From Patescibacteria group bacterium (GTDB taxonomy: Bacteria; Patescibacteriota; Patescibacteriia; Magasanikbacterales; GWA2-37-8), in the NCBI GenBank assembly GCA_022710645.1, contig JAKLGL010000001.1:100152-164151 (forward strand): a stretch of 64,000 nt of DNA, written 5' to 3'. How positions within the stretch are numbered: the first letter of the stretch is position 1; the number at the start of each line of letters is the position of its first letter. The translations under genes and the position numbers were made by a program. A model generated the notes under the pieces. The model did not search any database and had not been told where the DNA came from. It was given only the letters and a program-made list of their open reading frames with translations. This document shows, piece by piece, positions 18,798 to 28,145 of this stretch.

Positions 18798-19478
18798 ATG
18801 CCATTTATGCGTCGAAAAGACCTTATAAAAGATGTCAAAATAGTAGAACCACCCATTCACGAACTCAACAAAGGCTCGCACGGATTGCGTAAGTCTTGTT
18901 TTTTCGGTTGCAGTTTTTTTCTTTTATTAATCATCGGTTTGCTTATAGGTGTTAAATTTTATATTGGTTCGGGACCGAAAACCGTTACTGTTTTACCTTT
19001 GAACTTTCCTCTTGAAGACATACCTATTTATAACAAGGACAAAGTTACAGACATGACCTTTATCTCCGGAGAATACAAGAGTCGCCGAGTTGAATTGGCG
19101 GCAATTTTCCCAAAAATAGTTTTATTACCTTTTTTGTTCGGCGGAGATAATTCGGAAATAGATCAAAATGAAAAAACCGATTTTAAAAATCTTTTTCAAA
19201 CCATCGCCGCTCCGGTAACCGACAAAAAAGACAACTTCAAATTGGAATGGCAAGATGTGGATAATAACTACAACACTTTTGTAAATTATTACAAAAACGA
19301 ATTGCAACGTCGCGGTTTTGTCATTGACGCTTCAAGTGATGGGGCGGAATACAAAAAAATCGATTTTTCTCGTCATGACGGTTATGCCGGAACCATTTAC
19401 GCGGAGAATAAAAGCGACCAAAGAAATAAAACAACTTACGCTTTTTTGATGTTAAACATGCCTCCGTTAAAAAAATAA
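18798..19478 (+). CDS. Hypothetical membrane-anchored protein
   Basis: One N-terminal TM helix (CFFGCSFFLLLIIGLLIGVKFYI) then a soluble domain. Immediately upstream of murJ. Confidence 0.5.
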   Translation: MPFMRRKDLIKDVKIVEPPIHELNKGSHGLRKSCFFGCSFFLLLIIGLLIGVKFYIGSGPKTVTVLPLNFPLEDIPIYNKDKVTDMTFISGEYKSRRVELAAIFPKIVLLPFLFGGDNSEIDQNEKTDFKNLFQTIAAPVTDKKDNFKLEWQDVDNNYNTFVNYYKNELQRRGFVIDASSDGAEYKKIDFSRHDGYAGTIYAENKSDQRNKTTYAFLMLNMPPLKK

Positions 19479-19484
19479 TCTTTC

Positions 19485-21122
19485 ATGTTTCAGAAAAAAA
19501 TTTTCAATTTAAACACAGAATTTAAAACCATAGCCGGATCGGCTTTGGTGATTTCCGGAGCTACTTTGTTATCGCGCGTAGTCGGTCTTTTTCGCGATCG
19601 TGTTTTGGCGCATTATTACGGCGCCGGTTCTACTCTGGACGCTTATTACGCTGCTTTCAAAATACCAGATCTCATTTATAATCTCTTGATAGTCGGGGCT
19701 TTGTCCGCCGGTTTTATTCCGGTTTTTACAAAACTTTTTTATCAAAATGAAAATGAGCATTCCGCAGCTTGGGAACTAACCAACAATATTATCAATATCA
19801 TGGCTTTACTGATGATCTTGTTGGGAATTTTCGGTTTTATATTCGCTCCAACATTGACATTGTTGATAGCTCCGGGATTTACGCCAGAAAATAAAGAAAC
19901 CGTGGTTTCTTTGATGCGTATAATGTTATTATCTCCTTTTTTGTTCGGTTTATCCATGGTCTTTGGCGGAGTATTACAATCTTTACGAAGATTTTTTCTT
20001 TTTTCTATAGCGCCTTTATTTTATAATCTCGGTATTATATTCGGCGCAGCTTATCTTACCAAAATATTCGGCATTAACGGTTTGGCTTTGGGTGTGGTTT
20101 TGGGAGCTTTTATTCATATGATCACCCAGTATTATGGGGCTCGTCAAATTGGTTTTCGTTTCAAAAAAATTCTTGATTTTAAAAATCCGGAAACACGCCT
20201 AATAGGCAAATTGATGCTACCGCGAACCGCCGGATTGGCCATAACTCAAATCGATTTATTGGTTGTGACTTTTTTGGCTTCTTTTTTACCGACCGGAAGT
20301 CTGGCCGTATATACTTTGGCCAACAACCTACAAGCCGTACCTGTCGGTCTTATCGGCATTCCTTTTGCTCTGGCTGTTTTCCCCGTACTTTCCAAATTGG
20401 CGGCAGAAGAAAATCGTGACGCTTTTGCGGATAGATATTTTACGACTTTGAAACAAATACTTTTTTTAATCACTCCGTTTCTTGTAATTTTTTTCACTTT
20501 AAATTTACAAATCGTCAGATTGGTTTTGGGCACAGGTTCTTTTGATTGGCACGCTACAACGACCACGGCGCAAACTTTGTTTTATTTTACTCTCGGAATG
20601 TCAGCTCAAAGTTTGATCCCTCTGATAGCTCGCGCTTTCTATTCCTTATCCGATACTAAAACTCCTTTTTTAATCGGTATATTTAGTGAAATAATAACCA
20701 TTGTCACGGCAATAATTTTGATGAAAAGATACGGAGTTTGCGGTTTGGCCATGGGTAGCGCCATAGGTGGAACTTTCAACATAATCTTGCTTTTCTTTTT
20801 CTTACAATCAAAACTCAAAAAAAACAAACTGACAGAATTGTTTTATTTTTTACTGCAACTTTTGGGCGCCGCGATCCCGGCTTATACGATTATTTATTAT
20901 TTTGAAGGACTTTTCCAAAAAGTCTTCGATCAAACAAGGTTTTACGGAGTATTTTTACAAGCGGTTCTGTGTTCTATCGCCGGCTTGACCGTATTCTATT
21001 TGGCCTGCTATCTTTTCAAACTACCCGAAATAAATTATTTATTCGCTTCTCTCAAAAAACAATGGCTCAAAATCCGTTCTATACCAAGCGAAGAAATCAT
21101 CAACCCTAAAGAATCAATATGA
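19485..21122 (+). CDS. murJ: Lipid II flippase MurJ/MviN
   Basis: 545-aa, 14-TM MOP-superfamily protein with the MurJ N-terminal pattern (LLSRVVGLFRDRVLAHYYGAG..DAYYAAFKIPD). Confidence 0.85.
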   Translation: MFQKKIFNLNTEFKTIAGSALVISGATLLSRVVGLFRDRVLAHYYGAGSTLDAYYAAFKIPDLIYNLLIVGALSAGFIPVFTKLFYQNENEHSAAWELTNNIINIMALLMILLGIFGFIFAPTLTLLIAPGFTPENKETVVSLMRIMLLSPFLFGLSMVFGGVLQSLRRFFLFSIAPLFYNLGIIFGAAYLTKIFGINGLALGVVLGAFIHMITQYYGARQIGFRFKKILDFKNPETRLIGKLMLPRTAGLAITQIDLLVVTFLASFLPTGSLAVYTLANNLQAVPVGLIGIPFALAVFPVLSKLAAEENRDAFADRYFTTLKQILFLITPFLVIFFTLNLQIVRLVLGTGSFDWHATTTTAQTLFYFTLGMSAQSLIPLIARAFYSLSDTKTPFLIGIFSEIITIVTAIILMKRYGVCGLAMGSAIGGTFNIILLFFFLQSKLKKNKLTELFYFLLQLLGAAIPAYTIIYYFEGLFQKVFDQTRFYGVFLQAVLCSIAGLTVFYLACYLFKLPEINYLFASLKKQWLKIRSIPSEEIINPKESI

Positions 21123-22927
21123 AAAAAAATATTCGCAACTTTTGCATTATCGCCCATATCGATCACGGTAAAAGCACTTTAGCCGATCGTTTCTTGGAAT
21201 TTACCAACACGGTGCAAAAAAGAGAAATGAAGGCTCAACTGCTGGATTCCATGGAATTGGAACGCGAACGCGGCATTACCATCAAACTCACACCGGTAAG
21301 AATGAAATACCATTTTGATAAACAAGATTATATTTTGAATTTAATAGACACTCCCGGACATGTAGATTTTACTTATGAAGTTTCTCGGTCTTTAGCCGCC
21401 GTAGAAGGAGCGATACTTTTGGTAGACGCTACCCAAGGCGTGCAAGCGCAAACTATAGGTAACCTGTATTTGGCTTTGGAACAAAACCTTCACATAATTC
21501 CCGTCATAAACAAGATAGACATGCCGATGGCCAATATTGAAAAAACCAAAGCGGAAATTATACATCTGATAGGTTGCGATGAAAATGAAATAATTTTGGC
21601 TTCGGGAAAAACCGGCGTGGGAGTGGAAGAAATTTTAAAACGCATCATTGAAAAAGTTCCACCGCCAAAAGATACCGCCGAACTTCCGCCGCGTGCTATG
21701 ATTTTTGATTCCAGTTTTAACGAATACAAAGGTGTAGTCGCTTCAGTCAGAATGATTGACGGAGAAATGAAAAAAGGCGATAAAATTTATTTGATGGGTA
21801 CACAAACTCCAGCAGACACTCTGGATGTCGGTTATTACACTCCGAAATTCGTCAGTAGTGAAAAAATCAATAACGGTGAAATTGGTTATGTAGTTACCGG
21901 TTTGAAAGAAGTTCGCGACTGTCGCGTCGGTGACACCATCACAACCAAAGAAGCGATTGAAAAAAATAAAACCCTGGAACAATTACCCGGATATAAAGAA
22001 GTAAAACCCATGGTGTTTGCCGGAATTTTTCCCAAAGAAGGAGACGAATACCAGTCACTCCGCGACGCTATAGAAAAATTGAAACTCAGCGATTCCGCCT
22101 TATTTTTTGAACCCGAACATTCCCAAGCTCTGGGTTTTGGTTTTCGTTGCGGATTCCTCGGAATGCTTCATTTGGATATTTTCCAAGAACGTCTCAAACG
22201 AGAATACGAAATAGAAATTATTATCACTGTCCCGAGCGTAGCTTATAAAATCACCAAAAGCGACGGAAAAGAAATAACCATTCATAGTCCTCAAGAAATG
22301 CCCGATCCGAGTCATATTTCTTCCGTTACCGAGCCGTGGATGAAACTGGATATTATCACCCCCAAAGATTATGTCGGAAATGTCATGGGTTTAATATCGG
22401 AACGAAAAGGCCGTTATATCAATACACAATATTTGAGTACAGGGACGGATCAACGCGCCATGCTTCATTATGAAGTACCACTTGCCTCCTTGATTACCGA
22501 TTTTTACGATAAATTGAAAACTGTAACTTCCGGTTATGCTTCCATGAACTATGAGTATATGGATTACGAAAAAACCGAAGTGGTAAAACTTGATATCATT
22601 ATCGCCGAAGATCCGGTTGAATCTTTGGCTACACTGGTTTGGAAAGAAGAGGCTTACAAAGTTGGTAAAAAAATCACCGAATCACTCAAAAATTCATTAC
22701 CCAGACAACAATTTGAAGTGAAAATACAAGCATCGGTCGGAGGAAAAATCATTGCTTCAGAACGATTATCGGCTTTACGCAAAGATGTTATCGAGACTAT
22801 GAGTGGCGGAGACTATACTCGCAAACTCAAACTTTTACAAAAACAAAAGAAAGGCAAAAAACGCATGGTGGCACACGGTAAAGTGGATATTCCGACAGAA
22901 ACTTATTTAGAAGTACTGAAAAGGTAA
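21119..22927 (+). CDS. lepA: Elongation factor 4 (LepA)
   Basis: IRNFCIIAHIDHGKSTLADR, DTPGHVDF, NKID, and a LepA-specific C-terminal domain. Confidence 0.95.
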   Translation: MKKNIRNFCIIAHIDHGKSTLADRFLEFTNTVQKREMKAQLLDSMELERERGITIKLTPVRMKYHFDKQDYILNLIDTPGHVDFTYEVSRSLAAVEGAILLVDATQGVQAQTIGNLYLALEQNLHIIPVINKIDMPMANIEKTKAEIIHLIGCDENEIILASGKTGVGVEEILKRIIEKVPPPKDTAELPPRAMIFDSSFNEYKGVVASVRMIDGEMKKGDKIYLMGTQTPADTLDVGYYTPKFVSSEKINNGEIGYVVTGLKEVRDCRVGDTITTKEAIEKNKTLEQLPGYKEVKPMVFAGIFPKEGDEYQSLRDAIEKLKLSDSALFFEPEHSQALGFGFRCGFLGMLHLDIFQERLKREYEIEIIITVPSVAYKITKSDGKEITIHSPQEMPDPSHISSVTEPWMKLDIITPKDYVGNVMGLISERKGRYINTQYLSTGTDQRAMLHYEVPLASLITDFYDKLKTVTSGYASMNYEYMDYEKTEVVKLDIIIAEDPVESLATLVWKEEAYKVGKKITESLKNSLPRQQFEVKIQASVGGKIIASERLSALRKDVIETMSGGDYTRKLKLLQKQKKGKKRMVAHGKVDIPTETYLEVLKR

Positions 22928-23072
22928 AATATTAATTATTAATTTAAAATTTAATCTTATAATTTTACTCTTATGAAACATAAAACCGCTAAAGCAGTAT
23001 GGATAATTATTTCCATAGTCGGAATTTTAGCCATGTTGCTTTTCACCATAGCTCCGGCATTTTACTAAAACT

Positions 23073-24851
23073 ATGAAAAAATGGATAGTTTTACCGCCAC
23101 CGTCAAAGGATTTTCTATCCTCACATCCAGAGTTACCGACTATTGTCAGTACTCTGCTTTGGAATAGACATTTACGCGATCAAAAACAAATAGATGAATT
23201 TTTGAATCCCGACTACGAAACCGATATTCACGATCCTTTTTTATTTTCACAAATGGGAAAAGCGGTAAAAATTATTTTGGACGCTATCGCGCAAAATAGA
23301 AACATCGTTGTTCATGGCGATTATGACGCAGATGGTGTCAGTGCGGCAACCATTCTCATCAATACACTCAAAAAAATCGGCGCCAAAAACGTTTCCGTGT
23401 TTATCCCCCATCGCGAAATTGACGGATATGGTTTGAATGAAAACACAGTTGAATATTTCAAAGAACAAAAAATTGATTTGATTATCACCTGTGATTGTGG
23501 AGTTAGTAATTTCAAAGAAATAGAGCTGGTCAAAAAATACGGTATGCAAGTAATAATAACCGATCATCATGTGGTTCCAGCAAATATTCCTCCGGCTGAT
23601 GCTATCATTCATCACTTGATGCCGGGTGAACCATATCCGGACAAGGGTCTTTGCGGCGCAGCCGTAGCTTTCAAATTGGTGCAAGGATTACTCAAAGAAC
23701 ACAAAAAAAGCAACGAATTGTTGCCCGACGGCCAAACACATGAAGCTTATGAAAAATGGATGCTGGATCTCGTGGCTATCGCCAGTATCGGCGATATGGT
23801 TCCTCTTATCGGTGAAAGTCGTACTCTTACCCGTTACGGTTTGACGGTCATCAATAAAACAAAAAATTTCGGTTTAAAAAAACTTTTTAAATACGCCGGA
23901 CTTTTGGATGATAATGACAAATTAAAAAACGCTTCGGGCTTGAGCTCGGAAAATATTTCTTATCAAATAGTCCCCCGCCTCAACGCCGCCGGACGCATGG
24001 ATCATGCCAACAGCGCTTTTGCCCTGCTTTCCACAAACGACGAAAGTGAAGCTGATACCTTGGCCGCGCAATTGAACAAAAACAATGTTGACCGCCAAAA
24101 ACTCACGGAAAAAATAGTCAACGAAGCTTTGGCGCAAATCAAAGAAGAGCACCAAGAAAATAAAAACATTTTACTTGTCGCCAAAGAAAATTGGCCGACC
24201 GGAATTTTGGGATTGGTGTCGGGAAAAATTCGCGAACAATTTTATAAACCGGCGTTGGTTATGGGAATAGCTCCTGATGAAATCACCGGTTCCGGACGCA
24301 GTATTCCCGAATTTAATCTTATCAAAGCTTTGCAAGATAATGCTGATTTGTTTGAAAAATTCGGCGGACATCCGCAAGCTTGCGGATTCACTTTGAAAAA
24401 TAAAGATATTTTGAACGAATTCAAAGAAAGGTTTTTCAAATATACGGAAGAAAAACTTAAAGGTTTGGAATTGACCCCGCAAATAACTATTGATGCGGAA
24501 GTTGATTTGGATGAAGTGGATTGGAAACTTTATGACTTGTTGCAAAAATTTGAACCTTTTGGTGTCGGTAACGAAGAGCCCAAATATTTGGCGCGCAATC
24601 TCACGGTATCATCCGTCGTGCCGGTAGGAAATGATGGCAAACATCTGCGTCTGATGGTCAAACACAATTCTCATCTCATCAAAAAAACCATCGGCTTTGG
24701 ACTTGGTGATTGTAATAAACATCCGCTCAATTGGAAAGAATGTCTCAAACCCGGAGATAAAATTGATCTGGTTTTTCGCATTAGTGTGAATCAATGGAAC
24801 GGAAACCGGGAGTTACAATTGACGATTGAAGATATTAGAAAAAGCCAATAA
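23073..24851 (+). CDS. recJ: Single-stranded-DNA-specific exonuclease RecJ
   Basis: DHH motifs (VVHGDYDADGVSA and ITDHH), DHHA1 (GGHPQACG) and a C-terminal OB-fold region. Confidence 0.9.
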   Translation: MKKWIVLPPPSKDFLSSHPELPTIVSTLLWNRHLRDQKQIDEFLNPDYETDIHDPFLFSQMGKAVKIILDAIAQNRNIVVHGDYDADGVSAATILINTLKKIGAKNVSVFIPHREIDGYGLNENTVEYFKEQKIDLIITCDCGVSNFKEIELVKKYGMQVIITDHHVVPANIPPADAIIHHLMPGEPYPDKGLCGAAVAFKLVQGLLKEHKKSNELLPDGQTHEAYEKWMLDLVAIASIGDMVPLIGESRTLTRYGLTVINKTKNFGLKKLFKYAGLLDDNDKLKNASGLSSENISYQIVPRLNAAGRMDHANSAFALLSTNDESEADTLAAQLNKNNVDRQKLTEKIVNEALAQIKEEHQENKNILLVAKENWPTGILGLVSGKIREQFYKPALVMGIAPDEITGSGRSIPEFNLIKALQDNADLFEKFGGHPQACGFTLKNKDILNEFKERFFKYTEEKLKGLELTPQITIDAEVDLDEVDWKLYDLLQKFEPFGVGNEEPKYLARNLTVSSVVPVGNDGKHLRLMVKHNSHLIKKTIGFGLGDCNKHPLNWKECLKPGDKIDLVFRISVNQWNGNRELQLTIEDIRKSQ

Positions 24852-24870
24852 GCAGTAAAGAAATATAAAA

Positions 24871-24893
24871 TTCGTCCGAGAGGACGAATTTTT
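24871..24893 (+). terminator. Intrinsic terminator of recJ
   Basis: TTCGTCCgagagGACGAAttttt. Confidence 0.65.
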
Positions 24894-24951
24894 AAAAAAA
24901 ATCCGCCAGAGGTCTTGCGACATGGCGGAATGATAATTTGGTGAAGGGTAG

Positions 24952-25416
24952 TTAATAACCCTCCACATCGGATATAAATTTATACTTGGTCAATGAGAAG
25001 GCATAGCCTCGAATTAAATCCCGCATTCCACGGTATTCTTCATTATAACCGGAGTTAAACGAGATTCGGTTAGCCCACCACCAATAGTAGAAACCCTCCA
25101 CCACTACGAATTCTCGCCATTCGCTCACTTTGAATTGCACGAGTTTACAGTTGAATCCCTTACCGGCAGTCGTCACACATACACGTACAGGTCGTGTATC
25201 AATCTTGGCGACTTTTACCCAAGGAGCAGTAAGATTCCATCCTTGAGTATCAGTATTCATCTCACCTGTGACAAAATTGCGCATTATGCCGACATGGGAC
25301 ACATCGGTGTGGTGAATGCAAAAGATGTAGGTCAGAAACATAATAGCCGCAAAAACAACGCCTGAGACAGCCAGTACATTCATCCCCAGGGGTATTCCCA
25401 ATCTTTTTATTTTCAT
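24952..25416 (-). CDS. Hypothetical membrane-anchored protein, paralog 2 (cassette c, distal gene)
   Basis: N-terminal TM helix. Shares with the upstream gene the pattern G-W..NPPF/APWV-K...DTRP....C.......NCKLV.F. RBS GGGAGAAAA. 11-nt gap to the upstream gene. Confidence 0.65.
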   Translation of the reverse strand: MKIKRLGIPLGMNVLAVSGVVFAAIMFLTYIFCIHHTDVSHVGIMRNFVTGEMNTDTQGWNLTAPWVKVAKIDTRPVRVCVTTAGKGFNCKLVQFKVSEWREFVVVEGFYYWWWANRISFNSGYNEEYRGMRDLIRGYAFSLTKYKFISDVEGY

Positions 25417-25427
25417 GAATTTTCTCC

Positions 25428-25979
25428 CTACGGTACTATAGGCATATTCTTAGCAGTCGCATCCACGGTCTGTTGAGGACCAACATTCAGCGGTATCTTC
25501 GTCGGTTCTGAAGTTGCAGTACTGTTTATGTTCACCATGTTCGCCGAACCCGGCATGAAGGTGAGAAAAGGGTAAGTAGTACCACTGCCGTCAAAGGCGT
25601 AGCTCTTCATAATATCCCGCAAACTTCCTGTTGCCTCACCAAAGATGTCATAATCTCCGCGACCATGCCATGACAAAAATGTCTGGAGTCCTTCGGGGTT
25701 GAACTTGACCAGCTTACAGTTCAGTGTCCTTTGATTGGCACTGATACAAAGCTGCATAGGCCGCAAGTCAATTGTGTGGATCTTGGTGACGAAAGGCGGA
25801 TTGCTGACCCACCCCGTGCGCTCAATGGGCTCAACCTTTCCGGTCAGGGTGTCGAACTTGTAGCCCAACTCGTAATTATCAATGTAGTTGAGCCAACCAA
25901 AGACCCAAACAATCAAGGAAAAAATAGTCAACACGACAACAATCCCGAAACCGATTCCGATTTTCTGCGATAAACTCAT
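25428..25979 (-). CDS. Hypothetical membrane-anchored protein, paralog 1 (cassette c, proximal gene)
   Basis: Start set at the ATG at 25979 (MSLSQK...), preceded by GGAGGG; the track start is a TTG. One TM helix, then a domain with a conserved Cx9C pair. Confidence 0.65.
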   Translation of the reverse strand: MSLSQKIGIGFGIVVVLTIFSLIVWVFGWLNYIDNYELGYKFDTLTGKVEPIERTGWVSNPPFVTKIHTIDLRPMQLCISANQRTLNCKLVKFNPEGLQTFLSWHGRGDYDIFGEATGSLRDIMKSYAFDGSGTTYPFLTFMPGSANMVNINSTATSEPTKIPLNVGPQQTVDATAKNMPIVP

Positions 25980-26112
25980 GATTCCCTCCTTCAAAAACCG
26001 TGAAACACCTCACGGCCAGGCATTGGACAACTTTGTCCTATAAAACTTCTACTATCTTGAAATATAATAATTTGTCTTTTAGTTTTAAAGAACTTTAAAC
26101 AACTAACAACAT

Positions 26113-26141
26113 ATTATAGCACATTTTGGCACTTTTGTCAA
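26113..26141 (-). promoter_or_regulatory. Family promoter module, copy c (perfect TTGACA-17-TGcTATAAT, plus extended upstream block)
   Basis: Minus strand reads TTGACAAAAGTGCCAAAATGTGCTATAAT. A further ~45 nt upstream (26142-26190: CCCTCCTTCG...GGGCAAGGTAGTC) is shared with copy f. Confidence 0.75.
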
Positions 26142-26186
26142 CCCTCCTTCGCCCATTCGGGCTACGAGCGGGCAAGGTAGTCAAAC

Positions 26187-26204
26187 TTGGCTAATATAAG
26201 CCAA
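26187..26204. promoter_or_regulatory. Imperfect palindrome TTGGCTAATATAAGCCAA upstream of promoter copy c
   Basis: Arms TTGGCT/AGCCAA. A perfect version of this palindrome occurs upstream of copy d. Confidence 0.4.
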
Positions 26205-26214
26205 AATCAAATTC

Positions 26215-26241
26215 AAAAACCGCCCAAAAAGGCGGTTTTTT
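26215..26241. terminator. Bidirectional terminator after the ytxH-like gene
   Basis: aaaaaCCGCCCaaaaaGGCGGtttttt. Confidence 0.6.
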
Positions 26242-26267
26242 GCTTTACTGCTTTACTGCTTTTAGGC

Positions 26268-26582
26268 TTATTTACTCTTTTTCAATTCTTTTTCCAACTT
26301 ACACCATCTTTTCTGCAATTCTTTGACAAGCATTATTTTCATTTCAGCAGCCATTTCTTTCTTGGCCGCGATTTCTTCCACCGCGCGCTCCACGAGCGCT
26401 TCGTACATTTCTTTGGTCGGACCTTCCAATTTTTTGATATTTTCCTTGAGTTCGTTGTACATCGGTTCGGCATAAGCCATCAATTTGGCTTTCATTTCTC
26501 TGCCTTTAGGTGTGACATTGAGCCACATGAGACCGGCGCCGAGTAAACCGCCCAAGAACAAACCTTTTTTGAAATTTCCCAT
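26268..26582 (-). CDS. YtxH-like (DUF948) membrane-associated protein
   Basis: Glycine-zipper N-terminus (GLFLGGLLGAGLMWL) followed by a charged coiled-coil; 104 aa. Confidence 0.6.
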   Translation of the reverse strand: MGNFKKGLFLGGLLGAGLMWLNVTPKGREMKAKLMAYAEPMYNELKENIKKLEGPTKEMYEALVERAVEEIAAKKEMAAEMKIMLVKELQKRWCKLEKELKKSK

Positions 26583-26654
26583 ACAATTTTTATTTAAGAA
26601 TTAAGATTTTAGATTTTTGATTTAATCTCGCATTCTATCAACTTTATAAACTTA

Positions 26655-27482
26655 TTAACTTCCACATTCCGCTGTTGTTCCTGTGCCTGTTCCTGCGCCA
26701 AAACTCGGAGCGGCCGAAGCGGTACTGAGCGTCTGTCCGCATTCTTCAGGTTGTTCTTCAAAAGACGCGCAAATAGCCTGTTTTACAGCTTCCGGACTGC
26801 GGGCTACTTGGACTTGGGAACCATTAATAACCAAAGTCGGAGAACCCTGCACACCATATTTTTCGTTCAGATCTTTATGAACATTGTATAAAGGATAATA
26901 TCCGGAAAGCCAAGAAGCTTTATCGTTGTAAGCGGCGGTAGTACCGAATTTTTTATCTGTTACAGCAATACAACTACTCAATTTACTTTCATTGACTTTA
27001 ACTTCTTTCAAACAGGAAGCCGAGTCCCCGCTCACAGTAAAACATTTCAAATACGGAATAAATTTATCTTCTTGTTCGTTTTCCAAGCAATATTGCAAAT
27101 TGTTTTCGTCAATTTCTTTTTTATCATGCATGATATAAGAAACGAACTTAATGCTGATATCGGCTTTTTTACCGAACAATTCCATGACCGGCAAAAGAGC
27201 TTTTTGCATTTGTAAACCGTAAGGACAATAAGACATCACGAACAATTCCACTGCCGGTTTGTCGGTTTTTACCACATCCGAATTTTGAACATTTTGTGTT
27301 TGATCCGTTTTTACAGCTTCCTTTTTCACCGGATTGTTGACATAAACTATTTTTCCTTGCGCGGCCAAAATAACAAAAATCAGACAAGCGGCAGCACATA
27401 AAACTCCGATACCTGACAAAACTCCGACCAAAACCGAAGTTCTCGGACTAAGTAATTCAAAAAAACTTTTTTGGTTTTCCAT
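26655..27482 (-). CDS. Membrane-anchored thioredoxin-fold protein (DsbA-like, with a CPYG motif rather than CxxC)
   Basis: N-terminal TM helix, VMSYCPYGLQMQKAL active-site-like motif, several further Cys, and a C-terminal Gly/Thr-rich tail (GAGTGTGTTAECGS). Confidence 0.45.
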   Translation of the reverse strand: MENQKSFFELLSPRTSVLVGVLSGIGVLCAAACLIFVILAAQGKIVYVNNPVKKEAVKTDQTQNVQNSDVVKTDKPAVELFVMSYCPYGLQMQKALLPVMELFGKKADISIKFVSYIMHDKKEIDENNLQYCLENEQEDKFIPYLKCFTVSGDSASCLKEVKVNESKLSSCIAVTDKKFGTTAAYNDKASWLSGYYPLYNVHKDLNEKYGVQGSPTLVINGSQVQVARSPEAVKQAICASFEEQPEECGQTLSTASAAPSFGAGTGTGTTAECGS

Positions 27483-27494
27483 AAAATATATAGA

Positions 27495-28136
27495 TTATTC
27501 TCCGTTTAATAAACGGTACAATTCTCCATACGCCAAAGCGTTTTCGATTTCCGGACCATTCTTTTCCGGTCCGCGGAATTGTCCCGCCAAAGACGGATTA
27601 TTTTCTTTAATAAAATTAATAAAATCGTTTATCGGCACAAACTTTTTTTCATCCCGAAGCAGAGAAAAACCGCCGCAGTCTTTGAAAACACGTTCATTTT
27701 CAGCGCAAACAAAATCAGCCAGGTTGAAAAGTTTACGTAAATACCAACTATTATACAGCCAAATAATTATAGTAAAAAAATCGACATATGGCAAGTTTTG
27801 ATACACTGTTATTACTATTTTCTTTTGAGGATTTTTTTCTTTATATACCGCTAGTTTTTTACCCATCCCCATAAACGGAACATGCAAATGGATGATGTCG
27901 GCTTCAGCCAATTTTTCATCAACATCTTCTTGGTTTTGTATTTTTTCAAAATTTATTTTTCCTTTGGTGATTTGATCAATTTCTGTTTCCAAACGTTTTC
28001 CGACAACACCGTATTGCAAAGTAAAAACGTAATTTTCAAAACCCAAATCCCCTAAATTTTCAACCAAAGCAAAAGCTTGTTTTCTGATATCACCAAAATA
28101 TTCAAAAGCCGAAGGGATAATATGTAAAATCTTCAT
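27495..28136 (-). CDS. GT4 N-terminal-domain-like protein (truncated glycosyltransferase fold)
   Basis: MKILHIIPSAF..FGD... begins like a GT4/GT-B N-domain. 213 aa and lacks the C-terminal sugar-donor domain. Confidence 0.4.
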   Translation of the reverse strand: MKILHIIPSAFEYFGDIRKQAFALVENLGDLGFENYVFTLQYGVVGKRLETEIDQITKGKINFEKIQNQEDVDEKLAEADIIHLHVPFMGMGKKLAVYKEKNPQKKIVITVYQNLPYVDFFTIIIWLYNSWYLRKLFNLADFVCAENERVFKDCGGFSLLRDEKKFVPINDFINFIKENNPSLAGQFRGPEKNGPEIENALAYGELYRLLNGE

Positions 28137-28145
28137 AAACAGATT

